53,417 nt of DNA, from positions 1 to 53,417 of IMG/VR virus record IMGVR_UViG_3300015194_000001, one strand, 5' to 3'. This document shows positions 45,131 to 53,281 of the stretch, piece after piece. The position numbers and the translations under genes were made by a program. Below the pieces are notes generated by a model, which was given only the letters and a program-made list of their open reading frames with translations, made no database searches and was not told the DNA's origin. This DNA comes from a virus (lineage: Duplodnaviria; Caudoviricetes). How positions within the stretch are numbered: position 1 is the first letter of the stretch; each line of letters starts with the position of its first letter.

Positions 45131-46698
45131 CAGCCAGTTCCACCGCGCGTCTTGGTCGGCGCTTTCGAGTCGTTGGCCTTCTGACCAGCATTGCCGCCGC
45201 TACCGCTTCCGGATCCACCCCCCGCCGGCGCGTTGGAGTACGGGTTCTCGCCGCCGCCGCGCGACTCGCCCTGCGAGAACCGCGTGCCGCTGAGCGGCGC
45301 CATGCCAGGAGGCGGCAGGCTGCCAGTCAGGTCGATGCAAGCCTCTTCGTCCGTGAGCAGGCCGAAGCTCAACTGCTCGAGGATCCGGGACTGGCGCTGC
45401 GCGAAGAACGCCTCGAGCTCGTCCTTCGGCCGCAGCGCGATCGCGTCGTACTCAAAGGTCACAGCCACGTCGAGCCCGAACAGGCGCACCGCCAGCGTGA
45501 AGCCCTTCGAGAGCATCTCATTCAGCTTGCGCCGGATCATGCCGTCTGCCGTCTTCATCGCAAGCAGGGTCTCGCTGCTCGCGACGTTCTGGCTGCCGCT
45601 TCCGTGACCGAGCACCGACGGCATCGTCTTGCCACCCGTCGACAGCTTCGCGTTCAGCAACTTCTGCACGCCATCGAACACCTTGTCGGGCGACGCATTG
45701 CCCGCACCACTCGACACGATGTAATCGACGAGCAGGAAGTCGTAGTGGATCAGCGCATCTTCCGGCGCAAGGCCGTTGATCACGTTCGCGATGTCTGCCT
45801 GCACGCCATTGCGAAACTCGCGCAGCTTTTGCGGATCGTTCAGCACTTCCGGCGGCACCGACGCCTGCAGCTTCTCGGTATCGATCGTGACGTTCAGCCT
45901 CGGATGTACCGAGCGCTTGATCACACGACGCATGTCGTTGGTGAAGTCGCTGTCGGCCAGCACAGGCTGAATCGCTGCTTCGAATGGCGACTGCGCGTAG
46001 GCCGTGCGCAAATCCTGATCGAGCGAGCAGTAGAGGAACGTGGGGATGTCGAGGTCGATGTACTGCCCGCCGAGCAGCTGCTTGGGCACCACGCTCTTGC
46101 CGGCGACGTCCGGATACCAGATCACCTGCGCCACCGCGATCGGCACGAACTTCTGCGGCAGCCGCCCCTTGTCCAGCACCAGCTCCATCCCCATGCCGCC
46201 CGTCAGCATCAGATCCTTGCCGAGCTGCTCGCTCAGCGACATGATCGAGTTGACCGTGTTGAAGCCTTCGGTGTAGTCGGGCACCTGGTCCATGCGCTGC
46301 AGGATCTGGTACGCAAGTCGGGTGGCGTCCGGGTTGAACGTTCCGTCCGGATTCCAGGCCTTGATCTTGTAGCTCTCCGGAATGCCGATGCGCAGGTTTG
46401 CGGCCAGCGCCGCCGAGAGATCCGGAGACGCCGTCGCCAGGTCACGAATCGTGTCGTTGGTGTTGGCGCCGCGGCGCAGTGCCAGGATGTCGCTGTTGCC
46501 GAGATTGAGTTCCCGGCGCAGCAGCAGCGCCTGCTCGGACGGCTGCGCATTCGGGTAGACCGAGGGCAGCGACGTCTGCTTGGGCTTGACCTTCGGAGGC
46601 GGCTGCGGCGGCAGAGGCCCTGTTCCGCCACCGCTGGTCGGAGCCGCGCCGCCGCTCGCCTTGGCGAGAATCTGGACGGCTCGGTCGTAACTGCTCAT
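45130..46698 (-). CDS. Portal protein
   Basis: About 520 aa directly after terminase; GGAGAGG upstream of MSSYDRAV; HPRL.V.I, LG....SQN.AS.E, G..TDEEA. Confidence 0.85.
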   Translation of the reverse strand: MSSYDRAVQILAKASGGAAPTSGGGTGPLPPQPPPKVKPKQTSLPSVYPNAQPSEQALLLRRELNLGNSDILALRRGANTNDTIRDLATASPDLSAALAANLRIGIPESYKIKAWNPDGTFNPDATRLAYQILQRMDQVPDYTEGFNTVNSIMSLSEQLGKDLMLTGGMGMELVLDKGRLPQKFVPIAVAQVIWYPDVAGKSVVPKQLLGGQYIDLDIPTFLYCSLDQDLRTAYAQSPFEAAIQPVLADSDFTNDMRRVIKRSVHPRLNVTIDTEKLQASVPPEVLNDPQKLREFRNGVQADIANVINGLAPEDALIHYDFLLVDYIVSSGAGNASPDKVFDGVQKLLNAKLSTGGKTMPSVLGHGSGSQNVASSETLLAMKTADGMIRRKLNEMLSKGFTLAVRLFGLDVAVTFEYDAIALRPKDELEAFFAQRQSRILEQLSFGLLTDEEACIDLTGSLPPPGMAPLSGTRFSQGESRGGGENPYSNAPAGGGSGSGSGGNAGQKANDSKAPTKTRGGTG

Positions 46699-46730
46699 CG
46701 CCGGGATTGTGCCTGCTGCCTCTCCGGCTG

Positions 46731-48398
46731 TCACATGGTTTTGTTCTTGAACGTCGAGATCAGCGAGTCGTATGGCGCACGACCCTGCACCATACCCCTC
46801 AATCGCGTCGCAGTCGCGAGGTATAGAAGCGCGTGCATGAAGTGATCCTGCCCAGCCTCTGATTTCACCCACACGAACTCGATCTCACCATCCTTATTGA
46901 CGATCGCCTGTCGCTTCATGTCCAGCATGTGCGTGATGAGCAGCTCTTTCTCAGGCATGTCGACGAATACAGCCTCTCGCCGCAGGATTCCAGCCACCAG
47001 CTCATCGAGCGCAACGTTGCGGTTGATCATCACCGATTTGATCGGCAACTTTCCGATCAGGTTGTCTTCGACCTGTTCCTTGATTGAGTAAGTCGCCAGG
47101 TTCTTTGATCGGTGATACACGCCACCGAACAGATTCGGATCCCGCTTTTGCAACCGCATCACGATGTCGGTATACGGTAGGGCATCCATCACACAAATCA
47201 GCACTCTGAACTGCGCCGCAAGCTGCGCTCTACGCACTTCGAATTCTGCGAGCGGCACACGCTCGTAGTGCAGCACGAGCAGAACGTCATTCGAGTCTCT
47301 ATTCCCGACCACGATATGGCACACCGCGCCCATATCGCAGCCCATGTAGTTTCCCGAGAACACTTGCGTACCTGCAGCCACGAATAGCTGCCTGAGAAAC
47401 CCATCGGTCAGACTTTCTGTAGCATCTTCGTACGGCAACCCGAGGTTGAAGTTGACGAAGTCGGCTATCCGCTCGTATTTCGTCGACTTCTCTACGAGAA
47501 ATGGTATCGAGATGATGTTGGGGGCATCAAACGGCGAAATCGCGTAGCCTGCTGGTGAGTAGTTCTCATTCGGGTTTTCGAGAACCCACTCTCGGTTTGC
47601 ATAGCCCAAATCCGGTACTGCCTGGCAGTGAGGGCAATGCAAGGCCGCTTCGCGCCACCTCGTAAGGTGGATATTGTGCTTCGTGACGTCTTTAACGTTG
47701 TGTTCCCAGCCCGGAATTCGCACGTGTTGGTAGTAATCCGGCAAAAACCAGTCACTGCAGTGATTGCAACGCGCCATATTGAAGTGTCTGCGACTGCGGT
47801 CGAATCGGGCGCTAATACCACGCCCCGGAAGAGTCGGAGTCGAGAACTCGCGTCGTAGCTTGTACTTGCTGTGGGTGAGGCGGGACTCATAGCTGGTAAG
47901 CACCTCCATGTTGCTGAAATCCACCTCATCGTGCACTAATAGGTCCGCAGGCGTGGAAATCGCCTGATTCTGGCCAAAAGTACCGTTGAAATAGAGGAAA
48001 CTGCGCCCGAATTGCTTGATTTCGCTCGAATCCACGTCATTCGAGAGCGAAAACTTCAGGTCTTCGCTGTCATTGATGATCGGATCCACTCTAGTTTTGA
48101 CGATTTTCTCGACCAATTTCGACGTTGGCAGCGTGTAGATAGCCGTAGTGCCGTCGATGATGCGAAGAATCGCGAGTGTTTCTCTGAATGTCAGCTCGGT
48201 CAACCCGACCTGAGAGCACTTACGAACCACCTTCTCAGGGCTCTGATCCTTGAGAATCGCCTCCTGATACTCGTGATCGCGGAAGGAAAAGGGTATTCCG
48301 TTCAGCTTTGTGTTGCGCTGAATCCATCCGCTGATGTTGCCCAGCGAGTACGTGCGTTGAATGCCCGACCGCAGTCGAGCGATGTGCTCAGCGAACAT
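46731..48398 (-). CDS. terL: Terminase large subunit (lambda GpA-like)
   Basis: KCSQVGLTE Walker A variant, LVHDEVD Walker B, FSTPT, CNHC/CPHC Zn motif, GCDMG nuclease motif, DHFMHA. Confidence 0.92.
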   Translation of the reverse strand: MFAEHIARLRSGIQRTYSLGNISGWIQRNTKLNGIPFSFRDHEYQEAILKDQSPEKVVRKCSQVGLTELTFRETLAILRIIDGTTAIYTLPTSKLVEKIVKTRVDPIINDSEDLKFSLSNDVDSSEIKQFGRSFLYFNGTFGQNQAISTPADLLVHDEVDFSNMEVLTSYESRLTHSKYKLRREFSTPTLPGRGISARFDRSRRHFNMARCNHCSDWFLPDYYQHVRIPGWEHNVKDVTKHNIHLTRWREAALHCPHCQAVPDLGYANREWVLENPNENYSPAGYAISPFDAPNIISIPFLVEKSTKYERIADFVNFNLGLPYEDATESLTDGFLRQLFVAAGTQVFSGNYMGCDMGAVCHIVVGNRDSNDVLLVLHYERVPLAEFEVRRAQLAAQFRVLICVMDALPYTDIVMRLQKRDPNLFGGVYHRSKNLATYSIKEQVEDNLIGKLPIKSVMINRNVALDELVAGILRREAVFVDMPEKELLITHMLDMKRQAIVNKDGEIEFVWVKSEAGQDHFMHALLYLATATRLRGMVQGRAPYDSLISTFKNKTM

Positions 48399-48909
48399 CC
48401 ATCTCTGTCTCGTAGCGGCGCAAGAATTCGTCCTGCACCTCTGGCGCAAGGTCGCGCAGGATCGAGATCGTGATCGCCTCGAGTCTCTTCAGGCGTTCGG
48501 CGTTGTAGAGCTGCAGCTGCTGCTCTGCCAGGCTCTTCAGCAGGTTGTTCAGCGAGTTCGCTACCTGCGCCTTCTGGTTCACTGGCGTCTTGCTGTCGCG
48601 GATCACCTTGCCCAGCAGCCTCTTGGTCCTGTGGAACAGGTGCAAGGTCTCGCTGAGCAGGTCGATCTGCAGGAACCCTCCGGCCGGCAGCGGCTCGTCG
48701 TCGATGTCGACGTCTTCGTCGACGCGGTCGTCGTCTTCTGGCGGCGGCACATTCCCGATCGGCGGCACGGCAGCGCCGCGGCGCAGGCCCAGGTTGGGGA
48801 TCTGCAGGGCTTCTCTCAGCAAGCCCTTCATGGCTTCGCCGCCGGCGCCGTGTCCGACTGCGGCCGCGAGCTCGCGAACCTGCTGGTCGTCAGTTGACTC
48901 TTGGGACAT
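48388..48909 (-). CDS. Terminase small subunit (putative)
   Basis: Helical 173-aa ORF overlapping the terL start. Confidence 0.6.
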   Translation of the reverse strand: MSQESTDDQQVRELAAAVGHGAGGEAMKGLLREALQIPNLGLRRGAAVPPIGNVPPPEDDDRVDEDVDIDDEPLPAGGFLQIDLLSETLHLFHRTKRLLGKVIRDSKTPVNQKAQVANSLNNLLKSLAEQQLQLYNAERLKRLEAITISILRDLAPEVQDEFLRRYETEMDVR

Positions 48910-49090
48910 ACACCTTCACCACGATTGCTCGAGAAACGCTCTGGTATAGCGACAGGTCGATCAATACCTGCTCTCTGATATGTCCCGACGGCCCCGCTGT
49001 CCAGAACTCCCAGTCTTCGAACAGCACGGCTGTGAAGTAGTGCGCGACGCCCTGTGCGTCGGGGTTGTGGCTTACTTCTTCAATTTGCAT
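48890..49090 (-). CDS. Hypothetical protein (66 aa)
   Basis: Fills the gap between the HTH gene and terS, overlapping both. Confidence 0.4.
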   Translation of the reverse strand: MQIEEVSHNPDAQGVAHYFTAVLFEDWEFWTAGPSGHIREQVLIDLSLYQSVSRAIVVKVYVPRVN

Positions 49091-49371
49091 ACGTACCGAT
49101 ACAGCGTTCTGATACTGCAGTGTGCCTCTTTGGCCGCGGATTCAAGCCCTCGTCTACCCGATACCACCTGCTTTGCCAGCTTGATTCGAAACGCTTTTCT
49201 CGTCTCGAATAGCTTGTGCGTCTGGATTCGCTGCGCGCACACAGGACCAGGTGGCAGCTTGGGCGTGTTCCTGCTCAGGTAGGTAGGCGAGACGCCCAGC
49301 TGCTCTGCAAGGGCTGTTTTGGTGATCTTGCGCTGCTTCAGCGCCTTGAGCTGCGACGCCGTCAGGTTCAT
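49072..49371 (-). CDS. Basic double helix-turn-helix DNA-binding protein
   Basis: TKTALAEQLGVSPTYLSR and LESAAKEAHCSIRTLYRYV; first gene of the late region. Confidence 0.75.
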   Translation of the reverse strand: MNLTASQLKALKQRKITKTALAEQLGVSPTYLSRNTPKLPPGPVCAQRIQTHKLFETRKAFRIKLAKQVVSGRRGLESAAKEAHCSIRTLYRYVCKLKK

Positions 49372-49721
49372 GGACGGCGATTATGGCATGTGAGTGGTCA
49401 CAAACAACGACGCCCGCGGGAAGCGGGCGTTGAGGCCCCGGCTGTTTTCGCCCGCGTGTGTCTCTGTGTCAGAGACGACGTCGCAGTCGGGGCTGAAGAT
49501 TGTTACACAAATTTCAGAAAAATTTTTGGAAGGCGATCGGACCTGGAGGCGCCACGGCGCCGACCCCTCCCGCACAGTGTACCCGTCGACCCCCTCCCCC
49601 GACACCGACCGAGCCGGGGAAGTGAGCACTAACTTACAGTTGACATAACGTCCGTTGTCGCGGCAGCACGCTTCGACACTGCCTCGGCACGAACTGTGCC
49701 AGGGTCTATGTTAGTGCCTGC

Positions 49722-49741
49722 TACTGTAAATACATACAGTA
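49722..49741. promoter_or_regulatory. LexA (SOS) box
   Basis: TACTGTAAATACATACAGTA, 18/20 match to the TACTG(TA)5CAGTA consensus, intergenic. Confidence 0.8.
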
Positions 49742-49852
49742 CTGGGAAGGGCACGCATCGGGGCTAGGAGCGTGCCGACCCGTCGCCCACACGCTCCCAT
49801 GAAAAACTCTTTTTGACGCAGCCTGCGAGGTTTGTCTCATTTACACCACACG

Positions 49853-49896
49853 TTATCCACAGGTTATCCCCACGGGCTACGTGAAAGTTGTGCACA
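49853..49896 (+). promoter_or_regulatory. DnaA box cluster
   Basis: TTATCCACA (49853, perfect), TTATCCCCA (49864) and TTGTGCACA (49888), same orientation. Confidence 0.7.
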
Positions 49897-49997
49897 GGAT
49901 ACTAACAGAGTCGGGGTATATAGAAGCGGCGGCTTATGATGTCTCTGTCTGTAGTTTTGTGGTTTTTCGTGGTCAGGAAAGAGCACGCAGTACCGCA

Positions 49998-50162
49998 ATG
50001 CCCTACATTAATGACATGGATACCGCATCGCACCTCGCCCTAGTGGCCCACTCCGAGCGCAACGCACGAGAGCGCATTGCGCTCGCATCGTTCGCTCGTC
50101 CCTCACCCCTGCGTCGTCGCACTGGCATCCTCGCCATGCTGCGCCGCATCATCGGAGCGTAA
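49998..50162 (+). CDS. Small basic early protein
   Basis: MPYINDMDTASHL...MLRRIIGA; start uncertain. Confidence 0.4.
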   Translation: MPYINDMDTASHLALVAHSERNARERIALASFARPSPLRRRTGILAMLRRIIGA

Positions 50163-50321
50163 GCACCATGACACCTATCCTCGTGACCCTTGCCCTAGAG
50201 GCATGCATCTACGTCTTACATAGGTTGGCGCTGCGGTAAGCACTCACTAACTTAGTGCTTACCGCAGGGTCACCCTGCGCCGTTGACCGGTCGGACACTG
50301 GTCGCCTTAGAAGGAAATGTC

Positions 50322-50894
50322 ATGATGTCGAAGAATCAAACCCTCGTCACTGTCACCGCACTCGCCGGCGACAAGGAATCGTCACTCGTCGCCGCTTTCA
50401 GCGATCTGCAAAAGGCGATTTTCATGTTCGTCAAGTCTGGCACGCGTAACGCGCTGGAAGATACGCGCGCCGACTTGCAATGCATGAAAGGCAAGCGAGC
50501 CGCCGCAGTGCTGGCGTGCGTCGAGTCGGCCTATGCGGCCGCGAACGTCGAATTCGCACAGTGCCCACGCGGCAACCCTGACGCCGAAGCGATCGCCGCC
50601 GCGATCGCGCTGGACGCGCGTTGCGAATTCGAAGCGGCCGAAGCGGCCGCGACCGATGCCCGCAAGGCGAAAGCGGCCGCGACGAAAGCGGCGGTCGCGC
50701 ATGCGAAAAAGGACGCGGAACGCGCGCTGAAGACTGCGGCAAAGAGTGTCGAGCCGCTTGCCCGGGCGTTGACGCTCGCCGATGCGCTCGATCTGATCGC
50801 GTCGGCATGCGTCGCCGGTGACCAGCAGGCTATCAGCGGAGTCATGGCGTGCGTGCGGCTGTTCGCTGATGTGTCGGACGCCGTGACGGCGTAA
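50322..50894 (+). CDS. Ala-rich helical early protein
   Basis: AAGGAA RBS before MMSKNQ; coding-like codon pattern; hairpins on both sides. Confidence 0.7.
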   Translation: MMSKNQTLVTVTALAGDKESSLVAAFSDLQKAIFMFVKSGTRNALEDTRADLQCMKGKRAAAVLACVESAYAAANVEFAQCPRGNPDAEAIAAAIALDARCEFEAAEAAATDARKAKAAATKAAVAHAKKDAERALKTAAKSVEPLARALTLADALDLIASACVAGDQQAISGVMACVRLFADVSDAVTA

Positions 50895-51002
50895 CGGCCC
50901 GCCTAGCCCTCTAGCGGCAACGCTAGAGGGCTAGGCACTGCGCGCACAGTGCGCAGTGCCTAGCCCCTTAAAACGACGCAAGCCCGGTCGAATAGCTAAC
51001 CT

Positions 51003-51171
51003 GCTGATAGGCGGACGCCTAGGCGCACACAGTGCCCCTACGCTGACCCTAGAAGCTGGCGATCCTTAACAACGTGCCGACAGAATCGCGCCCTTAGACT
51101 GCGGCGCCGTCCTGACCCTTCCCCTACGCTGATAGGGTGACGCCTAGGCGCACAGAGTGCCCCTACGCTGA
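51003..51171. repeat. Two 44-nt direct repeats with a CGCCTAGGCG palindromic core
   Basis: 51003-51046 and 51128-51171 match at 41/44 positions; partial copies at 51121 and 51176. Confidence 0.85.
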
Positions 51172-51725
51172 ACCCGTGACGCCTAGGCTGATCGAGTCAC
51201 AGACTGCGCCCCACGCCTAGCGGTTAGCACTGTCGGACAACGCCTAGCCCGGTATCGTCTACCGGTGCGAGTCTGCTAGTGCCAGCGATGCCGCAGCGCA
51301 TCGAACCCTAGTAGGCGACAGACTCCAATCCGCTCCTAATGCTTGCCCGCAGTGGCAAGGCTAGTGCGAGCGTGTAGGGGCATCCTCCGGCCTACAGCGT
51401 CCAGCGTCTGCACAGTCCCGCCAATCCATCGGCAGGCAGAAAAGACGAGTCACGGTGTCGGTCGCGCATGCATCCAAACCCTATACCGCACCCCTATCGA
51501 TAGGCGATAGCGTTTTCGTCCGGATTGCAGTCTGTAGCAGTACAAAGCCCGGCGGTAAAACACTTCGCCGAGCCTGCACCTAGCCCCCTATGCCATCGGA
51601 ATCGAACCCGGTCTAAGCATGGTGCTAGGTGCGCTGCCGCACGCCTCGACGGCGTGTTTGACGCGCATTTCGGCCCTTTTCGAGCCTCGCGTCGAAATTA
51701 TGTCAACTCACCAAAGGATCCCATC

Positions 51726-51875
51726 ATGACTCGTCAAACCACCCCCGGCGCGATCTCGAGCTACGCCCCGCCGATCGTCAAGCACCAACCCCGCGACCGC
51801 TCGCATTCCGTGCGCCAGGCGCCGAGCCACCTGGGCATCGGCCGCCCCGCGCAATCGAAGGCAGGTCAATCGTGA
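51726..51875 (+). CDS. Small basic protein (49 aa)
   Basis: AAAGGA RBS before MTRQTTPG. Confidence 0.5.
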   Translation: MTRQTTPGAISSYAPPIVKHQPRDRSHSVRQAPSHLGIGRPAQSKAGQS

Positions 51876-51952
51876 GCGCCTCGTTCGTCCTGCTCTGCTG
51901 GCTCGGCCTGGCCTTCGTGCTAAGCCTGTGTTTCGCGTTCGCAAGCCGCTAG
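51872..51952 (+). CDS. Hydrophobic peptide (26 aa)
   Basis: GTGA overlap with the upstream stop; MSASFVLLCWLGLAFVLSLCFAFASR. Confidence 0.45.
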   Translation: MSASFVLLCWLGLAFVLSLCFAFASR

Positions 51953-51961
51953 AGCTCGTAC

Positions 51962-51987
51962 GCATGGGCACCTGTGCCCATGCTTTT
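51962..51987 (+). terminator. Intrinsic terminator
   Basis: GCATGGGCA-CCTG-TGCCCATGC followed by TTTT. Confidence 0.8.
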
Positions 51988-52269
51988 GCGCTCCCGCAAA
52001 ACTTGACCACCTACCTCTTTTTACTCATTTCATATAGAGATACGTGTAAGGTGTAGTCAGGTCTAGTTGGGAATTTGTGGGGTGAAGTTGCGCGCTCCAG
52101 CGACCCCCCTTCGGGTAGCAAAACGGGTTGTGCCTTGCGTGCTCGGCGAAATCGCGTTTGCAAAAGAGAGCGTCGGGTGTCCTGGACCCCCGGAGCAAAT
52201 TTGAAGGCGAAAAGCGCGCCTTCCCCGCCCGTTTCTGCCTTACCAGACCTGACACGCCGAAGACAGCCT

Positions 52270-52333
52270 AAATAAACTTGACTTTCAACATCAGGTGATA
52301 CATTCTCCCCTCCGCTGAAAGTCAAGTTTATTT
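52270..52333. promoter_or_regulatory. 18-bp perfect inverted repeat enclosing a sigma70-like promoter
   Basis: AAATAAACTTGACTTTCA-28 nt-TGAAAGTCAAGTTTATTT; TTGACT in each arm, TGnTACATT inside. Confidence 0.7.
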
Positions 52334-52365
52334 TCAAAATCGTGGCATAACCTGGGATTTAGTGG

Positions 52366-52866
52366 ATGAAACCTGTCATTTTCAACCGTCGCGTGTACCT
52401 GATGAGCGACCGCTCGTGGCGCCTGTTGCTCGTGAGCCTCGCCGCTGGCGAGCCTGCCGACGACCTGGAGGAACGCTTCGGCGCGCGCTTCGTGGCCGGC
52501 CCTTGCCTCGACGTCGGCAGCCTTGACGCCGGTGACGCCAGAGCCTTGCTCGACCCTGCGTCCGCAGCTGCGCTCGACGTGGACCCGAGCGCACCACCGA
52601 CGCCACCTCAGCCGCGACGCCTCTACAAACCCTTGCGCACATCAGACAAGCTCAAGCCCAAGGCCAAGCGAGCACCTGCGCAAGCGCTCGTGACTCACGC
52701 AATCGCGCAGCTGATGGCGATCGGCTATCGCGTCACACTGCAAGGCAGGCACTACACCGTGTTTGACCCCGACGGCAACCGTGTGTTCGCCAGCAACAGC
52801 GAAGGCCTGACAACAACTACGCTCGACTCGCGCATGCTTGTCGATTTTGCGAAAGAGAGGCTGTGA
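52366..52866 (+). CDS. Hypothetical early protein
   Basis: 166-aa ORF directly downstream of the promoter/inverted repeat. Confidence 0.65.
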   Translation: MKPVIFNRRVYLMSDRSWRLLLVSLAAGEPADDLEERFGARFVAGPCLDVGSLDAGDARALLDPASAAALDVDPSAPPTPPQPRRLYKPLRTSDKLKPKAKRAPAQALVTHAIAQLMAIGYRVTLQGRHYTVFDPDGNRVFASNSEGLTTTTLDSRMLVDFAKERL

Positions 52867-53090
52867 TGCACAAGACCACTCTTCGCCTGATTGCCAACGC
52901 TGCGCGCGAAATGATGCACAGCGCGAACATCGAAAAATGCCCTAACGACCAAGGCAGGCTTGTGCTGACTGCTTATGTGCGCGCCGGCTATGAGGGCGTG
53001 TACTGGGGGCTGGATCTGCCAGAGACGCAGCAGTACAAGCTAGAGATACGTGTCGAACTCGCCCTGATGGGCTTCGATTGGAAGGAGTAG
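52866..53090 (+). CDS. Hypothetical early protein
   Basis: TGATG coupling with the upstream gene, GAGG RBS. Confidence 0.6.
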   Translation: MHKTTLRLIANAAREMMHSANIEKCPNDQGRLVLTAYVRAGYEGVYWGLDLPETQQYKLEIRVELALMGFDWKE

Positions 53091-53092
53091 CC

Positions 53093-53260
53093 ATGCCCAA
53101 GAACATTCGCGAGTGGGTCACGCTGATCGCGTTAGCGATCGGCATCGCTGCCGCTATCGCAGACGTGCGGCCGCTGGCCGCGTTCTGCTTCCTCGTCACC
53201 ATCGTGTTCGGCATCGCAGCCGCGAAGATCACCCGCAACGTCAACCGCTACAGGCTGTAG
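53093..53260 (+). CDS. Small two-TM membrane protein
   Basis: AAGGAG RBS; two hydrophobic helices and a basic C-terminus. Confidence 0.65.
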   Translation: MPKNIREWVTLIALAIGIAAAIADVRPLAAFCFLVTIVFGIAAAKITRNVNRYRL

Positions 53261-53281
53261 CACTCATCAAAGGAGCCCACC

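Noticed and set aside
28887-46845. Long plus-strand ORFs at 28887-30278, 33074-34360 and 45604-46845
   Set aside because: Antisense to tail tube, capsid and portal; expected from high GC3 codon bias; Arg/Val-rich with no recognisable motifs
49389-49402. CRP site TGTGA..TCACA
   Set aside because: Half-sites are 4 nt apart, not the required 6
49405-49620. Exact cos or pac site
   Set aside because: A-tract (49509-49528) and GC-rich hairpins upstream of the terminase operon are suggestive, but no cut site can be assigned from sequence alone
51003-51250. Mini-CRISPR array
   Set aside because: Only two full repeats with an 81-nt gap that itself contains repeat fragments; no regular spacer period and no cas genes in the window
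52011-52337. 108-aa minus-strand ORF
   Set aside because: Opposite to all neighbouring early genes, runs through the inverted repeat/promoter, and has no RBS or coding-like composition
50895-52360. tRNA genes
   Set aside because: No cloverleaf with a GTTCRA T-loop and acceptor stem was found in the non-coding stretches
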